A stretch of 64,000 bases of DNA from Paramecium tetraurelia. Its lineage: Eukaryota. The position numbers and the translations under genes were made by a program. The first letter of the stretch is position 1; every line of letters begins with the position of its first letter. The notes under the pieces are model-generated. The model saw only the letters and a program-made list of their open reading frames with translations, ran no database searches and was not told the origin of the DNA. Positions 39,927 through 52,442 of the stretch are shown in pieces. The stretch lies in the NCBI GenBank assembly GCA_000165425.1, contig CT868429.1, positions 509,337 to 573,336 of the forward strand. Direction: 5' to 3'.

Positions 39927-41233
39927 TTAATAATATTTTACGAAAATTAATAGATATAGAAAACTACATAAGAGTTCTTCTACATTATTGCTAGGATTAA
40001 AATATTTCATCTCTAAATAAGCTCATAATAAGTCAAATGTACAAAGAATAGTAACTAGGCGATTGTTTCTACATGATTTAAGGTCATATAGATTGAAAAA
40101 AATTCTATAGAATAAAATTAAAAATTTAAAATTTAATTCTTATTAAATGAATTATTAAACCTATTGTAATTCTATAAAACTAAGCATTTGGAATTTAAAT
40201 ATTAATTGAAATTTTAAATAACGAATATATATTAGTAGTCAAAGTATTATTCATAGCTTTCTAAAATCAAGCAATAATCGATTTTTTAAGGGAATAATAC
40301 TTATCTTTGTTGAGAATAACAGTTCTAAAAAATTGTATTCTTATTTAAAAATCCTTAGAGTATTCTAATTCAGATTTGATTATTTCTTCTAAGAATTGTT
40401 GATTGACTCTTAAATGCTTTAAACCCATAATTATTAACTCAATTTTCAGTATTTAAACCCTCAAAATGAGTCTTACTATCCAAAAATTCTATAATAAATT
40501 TTATTTATATTAATCATTGTGTTATTAATTTAATAATAATTTTTATAATCAGACATTATAACTATAAACTACAATGAGAACAATGTTAATTTTTACGCAA
40601 AATCTATTATTTGTTAAGAATATCAAGCCTAAATTAATTAAGAAATCATTTTAATTTAATTAAGATAAAATTAAATTAAATAAACAATTTAGAATAACCA
40701 AAAGTTCATTGTTTTTAATGAATTACACTTAAATGTATGTTAAAAAGGAAAATAAGATTTTAAAATTCATTCGTTGTTAAACTAAATATTTTAAAACTTA
40801 AATGCGAGCATCATTTATTATACTAACCTCTAATATCTTGATGATTCAACTTATTCTCTGTAAATAATACCTAAAATTTAAAATCCTAAGCGTTTACCAA
40901 TATCATTAATCTTTTTTCTGTTTAATAATTAATATCCAGCAATATTTAGGAATTAGAATCTAATACTTTTAATTATAATTATTATTGACTACATAATTAC
41001 TTATCCTATTTTCAAAGATCAACTATTTCCAATCTTTCTCAAATCTAAAATTACATTAATTTCCTTCTGAATTCACAAATTTTCTTTTTCATCTTATTTT
41101 TTTATCATAATTTTAACAAAATAATTATTCCTTAGAGTTTTTACTCATAAGTGGTAATTTTAAATCATATCAGATGATTTTGGAAAACTTTTAAATATTA
41201 AGATTATTGATAACAATTAATATATTAATAAAT

Positions 41234-42214
41234 TCAATATTGTTTAGTTGATTATTATTTATGTTTTTTAATTAATTCTTTAACGTTTTCTTACTTTTTT
41301 TTTTTAATTGTTTCTAACCTTGCATTTCTAGATTCACTTCTACTTTGACTAGATTTACTCTTATTTCTTTTATTTTCTCTGTTTTTGACATTTTCTTTAA
41401 AATCTCTGATCGGTCTCATGTCAGTCTCAGTTTGCTGAGATTCCTTTGTTACAGAGGATCGTATTTAACTTTATTTTTCCTTTTATTTAGATGTGATTAA
41501 ATCACGTTCAATTTATTTTATATAAATTTTTGTTTATTCCTAATCTTCTATGACACTATCTAAAACAATTTTCAGATCGTTTAATTAATTTTGATATACC
41601 AAACTATTACTTAAAATTCTATCAGAATCATTACTCTTTTAACTTTATTCCTATTTAAAATTCTATTCTAATCTCTATAATCTATAATCAATTTTTTAAT
41701 AATCTGTTTTTAAAGCACTTTATCGAACCTCCTCCATAATTACATCAATTTTTTTATTAATAATGGTTTCAAATTCTTAAATTTAAGGTTAATCTTTGCT
41801 CAAAGAATTCTGAATTTGAGAAAGTGATTATTCAATATTAAGATACTAATCCTTTAACTAATTAAGTTCTTCATCGTATAACTATTCCATTGATACATTA
41901 ATATGATTTCTTATATTTTTATTTTCTTGTTCTTGTGTTGTAGCAAAGTGTTAAAGTAACTTAATTAATTTGATGAAATTTTCAAATTTCTCCTCATGCT
42001 CTTAGATAGTTTCTTCAACAAATCTCATTCTATCTTCATATTTATTATTTAATTACTGTTAAACCTAATCATATAAAGGATTTCATACTTTTCCTATTTG
42101 CTACTCCAGACATAGAATATTGCTCTCCTTTGATGAATTTTATTTAATTCTATCCTCACTTGTAGCTCGTATGATTGGAGAAGTGTTTCTTTTATGCTTT
42201 TCTGAATAGCTCAT
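41234..42214 (-). CDS. Hypothetical coiled-coil protein
   Basis: MSYSEKHKRNTSPIIR...; intron 42065-42088; Q/E/K-rich; ends STKQY-TGA. Confidence 0.7.
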
Positions 42215-42323
42215 ATGTTTGTTAAATAATTTGCTGTTAAAAAAATATAATTAATTTTCCCCTTTTTAATCAATCTTAATTTTCTCTTTTTTGATAAATA
42301 TTCAAATCTAAATAGAAATAGAC

Positions 42324-43015
42324 ATGCATAAATTATTAAAAGAAGTTGTAAAAGTCTACACCTAGTTCTAAAGATTGGGTCCAACCTATTTAGACACATT
42401 TGATAATCGAGCTATTACTGAAGCCACCTTCGAAGCTGTTAAAACGAAATAATTATAAGAATATATCAAGAAGGAATTTAAACCTATTGGAGACATTTCC
42501 ATGTTACCTATACATCTAGAACCAGAACACCGTTTCACTATAGCAATGTTTGCATTGAGACCAGGAGTTAGAATGCCTTTACATGATCATCCCAACATGT
42601 TCGTTTTGAGTCATGTTATGAATGGATTGGGGGAAAGAGAATCATGGGACATAGATCCTATTGACCACCATTAACAAATTGAGTTCAGAAAAACCAAAGG
42701 AGATTCTAGAATTTTGAAGGCACTTCAACATCCAAAATTATAACTAAAAGAAGGTGATAATTGCTACACAACTCCAAATAAGTGCAACTTACACAAGTTT
42801 TCTAATGTATCTTATTGTTTTATGCTTTATAGATTCACAAATCTGAACTATTCATGTTCCTTGATGTTATCTTGCCTCATTATAATGGAGTTGATAGAGT
42901 CATCAACTTCTACGAACCATTTAGTCAAGACTAATTGGAATTGATGGGAAATCCTAAAACCTATTAGAGACATCCCATTGATGTTGATGATATCAGAGAG
43001 TTTATTGTTTAATGA
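42324..43015 (+). CDS. PCO/ADO-family thiol dioxygenase (cupin)
   Basis: FTIAMFALRPGVRMPLHDHPNMFVLSHVMNG, NLHKF, FLDVILPHY; one intron. Confidence 0.9.
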
Positions 43016-43124
43016 AATTTAGACTTTATTCCTATGATTTATCATTACGTAATAAATTAGCTATAAATTAAATCTTGCCATATTAATAATTATTTATTAT
43101 ATAATTGATTATATTTAATAAATT

Positions 43125-43777
43125 ATGCTTTAACCACTAAAAGAAGAAGAATTAAATGAAATATATACTTGGGTTGATTAAATACCTCTCAGCAGACCAA
43201 AAAAGAATATAGCCAGAGATTTCGCTGATGGCATATTGATGGCTGAAATAATGCATTACTTTCTACCTAAATTGGTTGATGTATTAATGATTTGAATTTG
43301 ATCAGATGCATAATTACAGTCAAGCCAATTCGGTTAAGTAGAAAAAGTATAATTGGGATACATTAAATACCAAAGTATTCAAAAGGATTGGCTTTACTCT
43401 CTCAAAGTACAAATTTGAATATTTAATATAGAGAATAAGTTGATAGTGTGATTTCATGCTAATCTGAAGCAGTTGAGAGAGTATTAAAATTTGTTTAAGC
43501 CAGATTGGAATACTATTTAGAAAACAATGCTAATTCTGCTGAAAAACAACCTTAATAAGCAGATAGTCAAATGGCACCACCCTTATTAGCCAATGAATGG
43601 CAAAAAGATCAACAACTTTTTGAATTGCGTGAAACCATTGAGGTTATATTATCATTATTATTTTGCAATTTTTAGGTATTAGAATAAAAATTGCATCGCA
43701 TGGACGAACTCATGAAATAAAAAGATGCCAAAATATTGAGGTATTAATAATTGTTATAATAAAATGGTTTATTATGA
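43125..43777 (+). CDS. SPEF1: Sperm flagellar protein 1-like (CH domain)
   Basis: IYTWVDQIPLSRPKKNIARDFADG...MHNYSQANS...NWDTLNTKVF; C-terminal coiled coil; three introns. Confidence 0.93.
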
Positions 43778-44433
43778 AACAACCCATAAAATTAATATCA
43801 TTATTATTTATATCATAATATAAGTATTTTACTATATTATTTAACATGATGAATCGTACAATGGATCAACCATCTGAAACAGCATTGATGTCAGTTTCAA
43901 CGTCGCTATCTGATCAATATCATTATTATTACTTTTATAATATCTCCTATCATTTTAATTCAACTTATTCAAGTTTAGATATTAATAATATCGATATATC
44001 CTTAAATTGAGTGTGCATGCTAAATTCAAATATACCTGTATCTCTCCAATTAAAAGTTCAAACTCTCAAATAAAAACGTAAATAATTTATTACTTCAAAT
44101 TCTGATTTTTCCAATTAAATACTCTTTTATAAATTCTAGTAAAATAAATAGTTTATTAGTATTTTGATAACTTTTAAACTGATACTAAATAATTTTATTT
44201 CAAAATTCAATTATCTACTAATAGTTCTAAGAAAATGATATCATAAAGGATTTATAAAAAAAGTAATTAGTTTGGCCACATCAAAAGAACTATAATTTAT
44301 AGAATCTAAACAGTAAATGATCTAACAAAGGCATGAATTTCAGATATAGAAATTAAATTGCAATTGAAGGACTTAATTCAATTTAATTAAATATATTATT
44401 ATTTTTATAACAAGAAAATAAATTAGAGATTAT

Positions 44434-45254
44434 ATGTATCAACCTCAATTTTAGGTTTAATAATCATAGTTTGAAAGTCCACCAGTACTATACTCATAAT
44501 CTTAACCAATGATGATTTCAAATTAGAACAACATGTCATATTAGATGGTAAATTTAGGAGCAGGAGCAATTATGCAAAGATTAAAATAAAGATAAGAAGA
44601 GGAAATGTTAGTAGACCTATTGGCAAAATAAAATGAATTAATAGCTTAATTGACTGAAGATTTTAATTGGAGAATGGATAAAAGAAAATAACAAATGGAA
44701 GATGAACTAGAAGAATTAGAAAAAAAAACAGTAATTGCAAGATAAAAAAAGGCTGAATAAGACTACTTATATAAGCTTAATCGATAATTGAACTTTGGAT
44801 TATAAAGAATAAAAGAGTAAGAAATAAAGAAATTGATATTTCCAAAGGCAATTTAATTAGGAATGAAAGTTCCAAGTATTTAAAGTCATGAAGCCATTGA
44901 ATAAGTGTATCCCAACATGAGATTATAAAAGAAAGAATAACTAGGTATTAATTGCTGTGATATCTAGATGAGGAAGTTTAAGCTAATGTCGATCTTGAGT
45001 TTAGTAATCCTTACAGATAATTTGTGAATCCAAATTTTCCTTAATATGCAACTCCAATGATGCCATTTTCTCCCCCTTAACCACCTCAATAATATCAACC
45101 TCAATTTAATCAGCCACAAAGTTATTAAGATAATGGTACCTCTCCTTAAATGAAAAGAAATAGCTAAATTTCTAAAAGGATCAGCTAAGGTTCATAAAGA
45201 TCTAGTTAAAAGTCTTTTGCTTCGCAAGTATCAAAAAAATCTCAATAGAATTGA
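44434..45254 (+). CDS. Hypothetical Q/P-rich coiled-coil protein
   Basis: MYQPQFQVQQSQFESPPV...; intron near 44945-44967; TGA at 45252-45254. Confidence 0.7.
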
Positions 45255-45402
45255 TAAAATTAACATTGTTTACTTAAAATAAACCTATAGCTTTATGATA
45301 GTATTTCAATTAGAATTTAAGGCTCTTATATATATAAATATATAGTAGACTATGATGAAGATTATTCAATTTACAATACTGATATGATATAAATCATTTT
45401 GG

Positions 45403-47036
45403 TCATTATTGATCTGGTTATTCTTGATCTGGTAATTCTTATTACTGTTATTATTGCTATTATTGTTATTATGGTTATTATTGTTATTATTGTTATTGTT
45501 GTTATTGTTATTATTGTTGTTGTTGTTATTATTGTTATTGTTATTATTGTTGTTATTATTATTATTATTGTTGTTGTTAGAGTCTTTGTTCTTATTAGAC
45601 CTGCTATTGTTATTTTTCTTCTGATTTTGATGAAGATAATTGATTTTAAGAATCTTGAATGACTTTTTCCAAAAATTCATTTTCAATTTAATACAATTTG
45701 GTTTCAGATTGTTAGATAGTTCTCAAGAATTTATGATAATGATTAACTCTAGCTTTTCTATATTTTTCAATTTCTTTAGTTGCAATTATTGCTGTAATTA
45801 TGTTATATAATTAAGATAGCCTGTCTATTTCTTATTATCCCTAAATATTATTTATGATTTACTTCTGAAATTCTTTATTCAACTTTAACTTATGAGGCAT
45901 CTTTTGATTTGTTGAATGCAGAATTAGTGATAGTGGTTAAAGTTTATTGTTTTGCAGCCATTTTAGCTAATTCAGCTTAGTCTTCTCTCATTTTTTATTC
46001 TTGTTTTGCTCTGATGATTACGATTTGATCTCTGTAAATTAAGGTTTGTTGCATGCATTCAGCATCTTTCAACTCATATCTAAACAAATCTGCTAAATAA
46101 TTAATGCTATTGGTTTTTTTATTGTTATCTTTCTAGCAAAATCATAATTAATAAATTTACAATATCTTCTAGCAATTTTTTATACTCTTCTTAATTTGAA
46201 GGATTGGAGAGTACTAATTACTGCTCTTTCCCATAAACATATTCATTTAGGATAATCTTTTCATAAAATGGCAGAGTTGCATTAAATAAATTCACTATAT
46301 TTAAAGACTTCAATACATTTTTCATCCTATAGTATTCTTCTGGTTTGTGCAACAAAATTAGCTTATTCAATATATGTTTTTAGGATAGCCAATGTTTTTT
46401 TCAATTAACCTGAAAAGGTAGTAATGGCCAACATATATTCACTGTTAGATTAGTCTCTTACATCAAGCTTTGGGAAGGCTATCTTTAATCTATCAATAAT
46501 TTCATTTGTAGTTGTTGCCCTCTATTATTAATACACCTGTTTATAATGAAATTGATATGTACTTTTGCAATATCTGGAGAATTGGATCTTAAGAACTACT
46601 ATTAAAAATCCTCTGAATAATAGATGTATGGTAATTATGTAATGGAGTTCAAAAAGACCTCCATAAGTCTTTTTCTGATTTAGACTGTTTCATTGTCATT
46701 GCCACTTGCTAGTGCTTTTTCTGGAATTGGTGGAATATAGCAGCCTGGCCATTTCTTCACCAATAATTCTCTTAGTTCAAAGAAGTCATTATATCTTCTG
46801 TAGATCTCGAAGGACCCTTGATTATCTATGCCCTTAATTAAGTAGGCGGTGAATTTTTAACCAAATCCCCCATCTTTGATAATCACATCTTCAATCTGTA
46901 TTGTAATTTCGAAATCAGGATATTCGATTTCTTTAATGGGCTCTTGGGAGAGGACTGTTTGAGGTGATATTTATTAGGATTCCTCCTTCTGACTTAAAGC
47001 CTGTTCTTGTGTACTTGCCTCAGATTATTGATCCAT
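45403..47036 (-). CDS. PX-domain sorting nexin with a C-terminal polyglutamine tract
   Basis: FTAYLIKG...IYRRYNDFFELRELLVKKWPGCYIPPIPEK; helical region; long mixed CAA/TAA Gln run before the stop. Confidence 0.9.
45441..45579 (-). repeat. Mixed (CAA/TAA)n trinucleotide repeat encoding polyQ
   Basis: About 35 uninterrupted Gln codons, one Pro, then about 11 more Gln, in the sorting nexin frame. Confidence 0.9.
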
Positions 47037-47216
47037 ATAGAAAATTAATGTGATATTTTTTAATTGGATTGATGAACGTAATTGATGATGATATCATAGA
47101 TATTTACAGATTATATAATGAAGACTATAATTATTTATTGAAAATTGCAAAGCCTTTGGAAACTTTGGATAGTGAAGAATTAGCAGTACATTTTAATAAT
47201 AATTTAAATTATAATA

Positions 47217-47961
47217 ATGGAAAAGAAAGTAGTTTTTATTAGACATGCAGAATCAGAATATAATTTAGCCTAGAGAATAGCAAAGAATTCGGTGGCTGAA
47301 GTTAAATTAGAGGAAGAAGATTAAGATGTGAAATACTCATCTAAATATTGTGATGCTCCATTAACTAAATTTGGAAGAGAATAAGTACTTACCAACATAG
47401 ATTATTAAACTTACTTAGTGTGATCCAACTAAATTCGAAGACCTCAGAATTGAGACTGTGGTTGTTAGTCCACTAAAAAGAGCAGTAGAAACAGCTGTAT
47501 TACTCTTTTAAAATCATCCTAATAAACCTAAGTTTGTAGTAGAACCATACCTACGCGAAATGTTTCTATCAGGATGCGATTTTGGGATAAGACTATAAGA
47601 AACCATTAATGAATTCCCATTCATTAACTATGATAGATTATTATCTAACCCCATAATAAAATAGCATCCAAACATGTGGTCTCTTGAATTTATATATAAT
47701 TAAAATAGTGCAAACATTTTGAAACAATACATTAAAGACACTGAATATGGAAGTTAGGACTGTATCGAAAAGGTTTTGGAGTACATGAAACAGCATCCAA
47801 TTTAAGTAGAAACTTTTGAAGAAAACACTAAAAGGGTTGAAGAGTGCAAGAAGCACCTCTAATTTGAGGAACCCTTTGTTTGTGTTTCTCATTCTAGAAC
47901 GATCCATACTTTGACAGGCAAATTTATTCATAATTGTACTGGAATTGAAGTAAATATATGA
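47217..47961 (+). CDS. Histidine phosphatase / phosphoglycerate mutase family protein
   Basis: VVFIRHAESEYN, DAPLTKFG, SPLKRAVETA, LRE, CVSHS; 34-nt intron 47385-47418. Confidence 0.9.
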
Positions 47962-48048
47962 ACAGTATCAATAATATTATTAATAATAAATCAATATGTC
48001 TCAACTAGTAATTATAATTAAATATAAACTATATATTTCGTAATTAAT

Positions 48049-50459
48049 ATGGACTAGCTTGACATCGATTCAAATAAGTTTGATTGCCAAAAATATGTTG
48101 GTGAATTCTTAAAGAATCATAGTGTTTAAGATTTAATACAAAGACATAATTAATTGTAATAAGAGATTAAAGAATATGATTAAGATATATAATCCTTAGT
48201 TTTTGAAAATTATAGGTACTAGCTCAAATTAGTTGTAGTAAATTCATATCTTCAATTGATACAGTTAAGAAAATGAAAACTGATATTACCTAAATAGATT
48301 AAAAAGTTGAGACTTTGACATAATCCATGACTAAAATAGCCTAATTGTCAAGGAGAATAGATTCTTAATTATCAATAAAAAGAGAAGAAATCATCAAACT
48401 AGATACTGTCAATAAGGATTTGAGTCGGCTTAATTCAGTTTGCAATTTCCCCCATATTATCTAAAAGGAATTAGATCAATATAAAATAAGCAAAGGAAAG
48501 AATTATGATGAATATTTTAATGAGACTGCTTAGTATTATAAACAATGTTATTCAACTTTGGATCAATACAAAAATGAACCACTAATTTAACCAATTTACA
48601 AAGAGACCAACTAAAAATTGGATAACACAAGACAAATTCTTTGGAGTTCCTTAATTGAATTCAAATAATAGAATCCCCTTTTATAGTTGTACTCTGAATC
48701 CAAAGTGTCAATTTCAACTTAAGAAGCCAGATCAGCAGTTAAGAAGTTGATACAAATAATGGATGATGAAGAAGCTGTACTAAGACATTATTAGAAGATA
48801 ATAAAAGAAAGATATTTGACTGTAGCAAAGGAGTTGATAGATAAAGCAGCAATCACAAAATCCTCTGAAGTAGTAAACTTGATGGATTATTTAGAAGATA
48901 AAAGATATGAGTATACTGTTGAAGAATTGGAAGAATATAAATAAATGAAAGAAAAAGAAATAGTAAATTCTGATTCAGCCATCTAAGGATCCATTTTGTG
49001 GTTAATCAATCAATTATGTTAAATTATATTTAAGGAATTGAAAGTGGAAGTTTCCTTTTTGCTAATTGAAATTAGAGGAACTTTAAGAGATAAGTCATTA
49101 GAGCAATTGTCAACTCAATGCATCAAAGAGATAATTCATGGAGTTTTTCAAGGTGTTACTGATAAGATGAGTTAAAAGAAAATTAATAATGTGTAAGTTA
49201 ATGAAGTTTTCGTTAAGTTGTAAACAGAACTCCAATCATTATTTGAGAATAATTCAATTAGATAGTAATTAAGAACTGAAATAATAGATAAGTTTACAGA
49301 AAATGTGGAGAACATATGTAGAGGATAGGTTTTTACATCATTTAGTCATTTAAGGGTTTAATTTCTCGAGTTGCTTGTGTTTGCTAAAAATGATTTATAA
49401 CGTTTGTAACCTACTGATGAAATTAAAAGAGAAATAATGACTCTCATTACTGTAATCAAATAAAAATTGATAGCCTTCACAACTATCCGGTTATTAGATC
49501 TTAAAGCTTTTGTATTTTCTTAATAATAGAGTTATCTCAGAGAGTAGGAGACTTATTTAAATTTAATTTAAGCCTCTTTAATTGAATTTGTTAAATTTAT
49601 TGGTAAAATATTTGCCTTTAGATCCGTAAGCATCTCTCAAGATTAATTAAACTAACTGTTTAATGATAATTATATTATTTAGTAAGTACTGCCATTATTA
49701 AACACAAACGATTCTACATTTTACTATTTGTTTTCAAATTAATTCTTATAATTGTATTCAAAGACTTTGAGCAATAAATTATTTGAACTTGTAAGTTAAG
49801 TTTTTTAAGGATACAAAAGTAAATTATATATTTAAATTCAAGTTCGATAACCATCTGATTAAGAATTAAATAAACTTAAAAACTATATTAATGGATCCAC
49901 ATAAAAGAATTTAATGTTATTTGCATAAGCTCAAAGTGAACATTGGATTAACATCATGTTCTAATACTTAAACGAAGAAAACGTTGTTTACCAGCAATAA
50001 ATTACATAAAAGATGTTATTAAATGAAGTGAAAAATTTCATTGAAGCACTAGGTCTTCTATTTCCTGATACTAAAAGAGGACTTGTTAAGAAAGTATCAA
50101 TTATACAATAAAGCACTTTCAACATTTAAATGGAGATTGTTATGGTTCGATAGTGCAAGATTCTAGAAACCAATATTAATGATAGATACAGTTTGCTAAT
50201 AACTGTTGTAAAGTACGTTTTGAGAGTATTGTTACAAAAAGCAAGAAGAACTTATTTTTCAGAAGACTTATTTGAGTGATTTTGGGTTGACTTATATTTT
50301 GTAGTGCAATTATTTTATGATATGGTTTCTGTAGATGAAGAGGGATTAATTGCTGGATTCTATATGGGAATTTTAGATTGTGCAGTCAGAAATAGTAGAA
50401 ATGATTCTAAGATTGACCCAAAGGTATTAGAAAACTTGTCATTGTAGGCTAGAATGTGA
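48049..50459 (+). CDS. VPS51: GARP/EARP subunit Vps51 (Ang2), with an in-frame TGA at 50277-50279
   Basis: DIDSNKFD...YDQDIQSLVFENYSKFISSIDTVKKMK N-terminal Vps51 domain; Vps51-like C-terminus continues past the internal TGA. Confidence 0.85.
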
Positions 50460-50484
50460 TATCTATGAATGTCAGCTTGATTGC

Positions 50485-51845
50485 ATGAGTAAGAATACGA
50501 TTTAAAAGCCAACCTCTCCAACCAAATAATCCATATTTCAAACAGGAGCTCTAAAAAATAGAAATTAATCACCAATGCTTGGATTTTAGAAGTAACCCAT
50601 GAAATCCCCAGAAAAATCTCTCATTCTTGATGAATCCATCACAAATAATAATTCATGGAAGTAAACAACTGAAATTCAAATTAAGAATGTAATTAAATCT
50701 TCCTTATAAAGAGCTTTTAAGCAGAATCCAACTGGAAAGAAGCAATTGAATCAATAGTCTAAAATATAACCTTAAAATTAAAATAGCAAGAAACTGATCA
50801 ATTCATTAAAGAGTTAAACAGTCCTATGTTGACATAAGATCCAAGCGTAGCCTTATATTAAGCACCTATTGAAAAGAGTAGTTCAACTTAAGACTTATTC
50901 TCTAAAATTGTGTCATAAGAAACAAAAAAAGCTAGAGCTGTTAAATAGTTCCTTTTTAATTAGTTTACATCTAATGATTAATCTCTCAACATATCTATCA
51001 ATTCTTCATCTAGTGCTTAATAACAATAAAAAACTTAAATAAATAATGCTAACAATAAAAATAGATAAAATAATGGAGGGAGCCCTTAAAAATTCTAAAA
51101 CAAATAATTCTAATAAGAACCATAGTTAGATCAGAAATCAAATTTGGTTATGAATCAATAAATCAAATAATTAGAATAAATGATACAAAGTACAAACCAA
51201 CAATACCTCTTACTCTAAGAATAATTCAAGAAATAAAATTCTGACTTATCTAATTAAGTAAGTTCTTAAGCATCAAAAATTCTATTATTGGAATCATTTT
51301 TTAATAAAATTGATTAAGAATAAAGCAGAGAAAAATATATTATACATTAACAATAAATAAAAAATGAAAAATAAGAACTAAGTGAAAATACAACCAATCA
51401 AGAAGTACAGAAATAATTACAATTGGTTATGAAAAACTTAAATTCACTTGCTGAGCACTAACAATAATAAATGATGATTATTAAGACTGCTTTAACAACA
51501 GAATTGAGAAAGGAATTTTTATGTTCTTCAGAATACAAATAAAATTAATAAGAATTACAAACACAATTGACAATCTTAAAGGATTCGGTTAAATAAACTT
51601 AATAGTAAAGTTAGGACACACTGATAAGAAAATAATAGATGATAGAAAACTTAAATCTAGAAATAAAAAATTTAATGAATATAAATAAATAGAAAAATGA
51701 GGAAATTGAATAAATCAAATTGTAAAACGATGCAATTATAGGCTAGATAAATGAAAATAAGGAGGAGATAATTAAATAAAACCAATTCATATCTGAAATA
51801 TATAATTTATATTAGAAAATAAATTAGAAGCTGCCAGGGGTATGA
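50485..51845 (+). CDS. Hypothetical coiled-coil protein
   Basis: MSKNTIQKPTSPTKQS...; a 23-nt intron near 50689-50711 restores the frame; Q-rich helix; TGA at 51843-51845. Confidence 0.7.
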
Positions 51846-51949
51846 ATTTATATTGTTGTTACAAATATTATTATAAAAAGTGATATGGGTATTTAATTGC
51901 ATTAATAAAATTTTTAATTATAAAATGTATAAGTGCGCTTAGTATAGAT

Positions 51950-52420
51950 TCATTCAAATTGAAGTTAATCATTTAAGCGATTTTCAATGACTTTTATTAG
52001 TTCAGCTTCCCTTGTTTCATTTATTAAGCCATCTCTTAATGTATGCCATAGTAATTTTGAGGTTCTTTAAGATCTAATTGCAAATAAACTAACTGCTTCT
52101 ATGTTTGTATTCCAATCTTCGATTTAAATAGTATTTATAATGAACTCTTTATTTCTTGATTAAAGAATTCTTTTTAACAATATAGCTTATTCAGAAAATT
52201 CATTTTTGAAATTATAATCATTAATTTAGAACTCATTTATTTATTGATCAACCTAGTCAGTGTGTGTCATAACCATAAATCTAAATTTCTCAGAGTCTTC
52301 CAATGCCATCCATTTCTTTTTTGCTAGTTTTTCTATTTACTATCGAGTAAGCGAGTAATTGTGCCTCTTGATATTAAATTTAAACTCTTCTAAAAATATT
52401 TCAAAAGAATTTATATTCAT
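51950..52420 (-). CDS. Small HMG-box-like protein (156 aa)
   Basis: MNINSFEIFLEEFK...NYSLTRQQIEKLAKKKWMALEDSEKFRF fits the HMG-box helix pattern; intronless. Confidence 0.65.
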
Positions 52421-52442
52421 AATTAATTATTAAAAGTAATAA

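Noticed and set aside
43847..44340. Possible small gene between SPEF1 and the gene at 44434
   Set aside because: No convincing frame on either strand; at most a relic.
45366..45686. ORF-track poly-Asn (minus) and poly-Ile/Val (plus) proteins
   Set aside because: Off-frame and antisense readings of the polyQ repeat of the sorting nexin.
50277..50279. Selenocysteine reading of the VPS51 internal TGA
   Set aside because: The position looks Gln-like rather than Cys-like, and the 25-bp downstream spacer leaves no room for a SECIS outside the next gene.
550..50459. Apparent cluster of trafficking genes (Rab2-like, two PX proteins, V-ATPase F, DHHC, VPS51)
   Set aside because: Scattered over 50 kb among unrelated genes, and these families are large in ciliates; no evidence of functional clustering.
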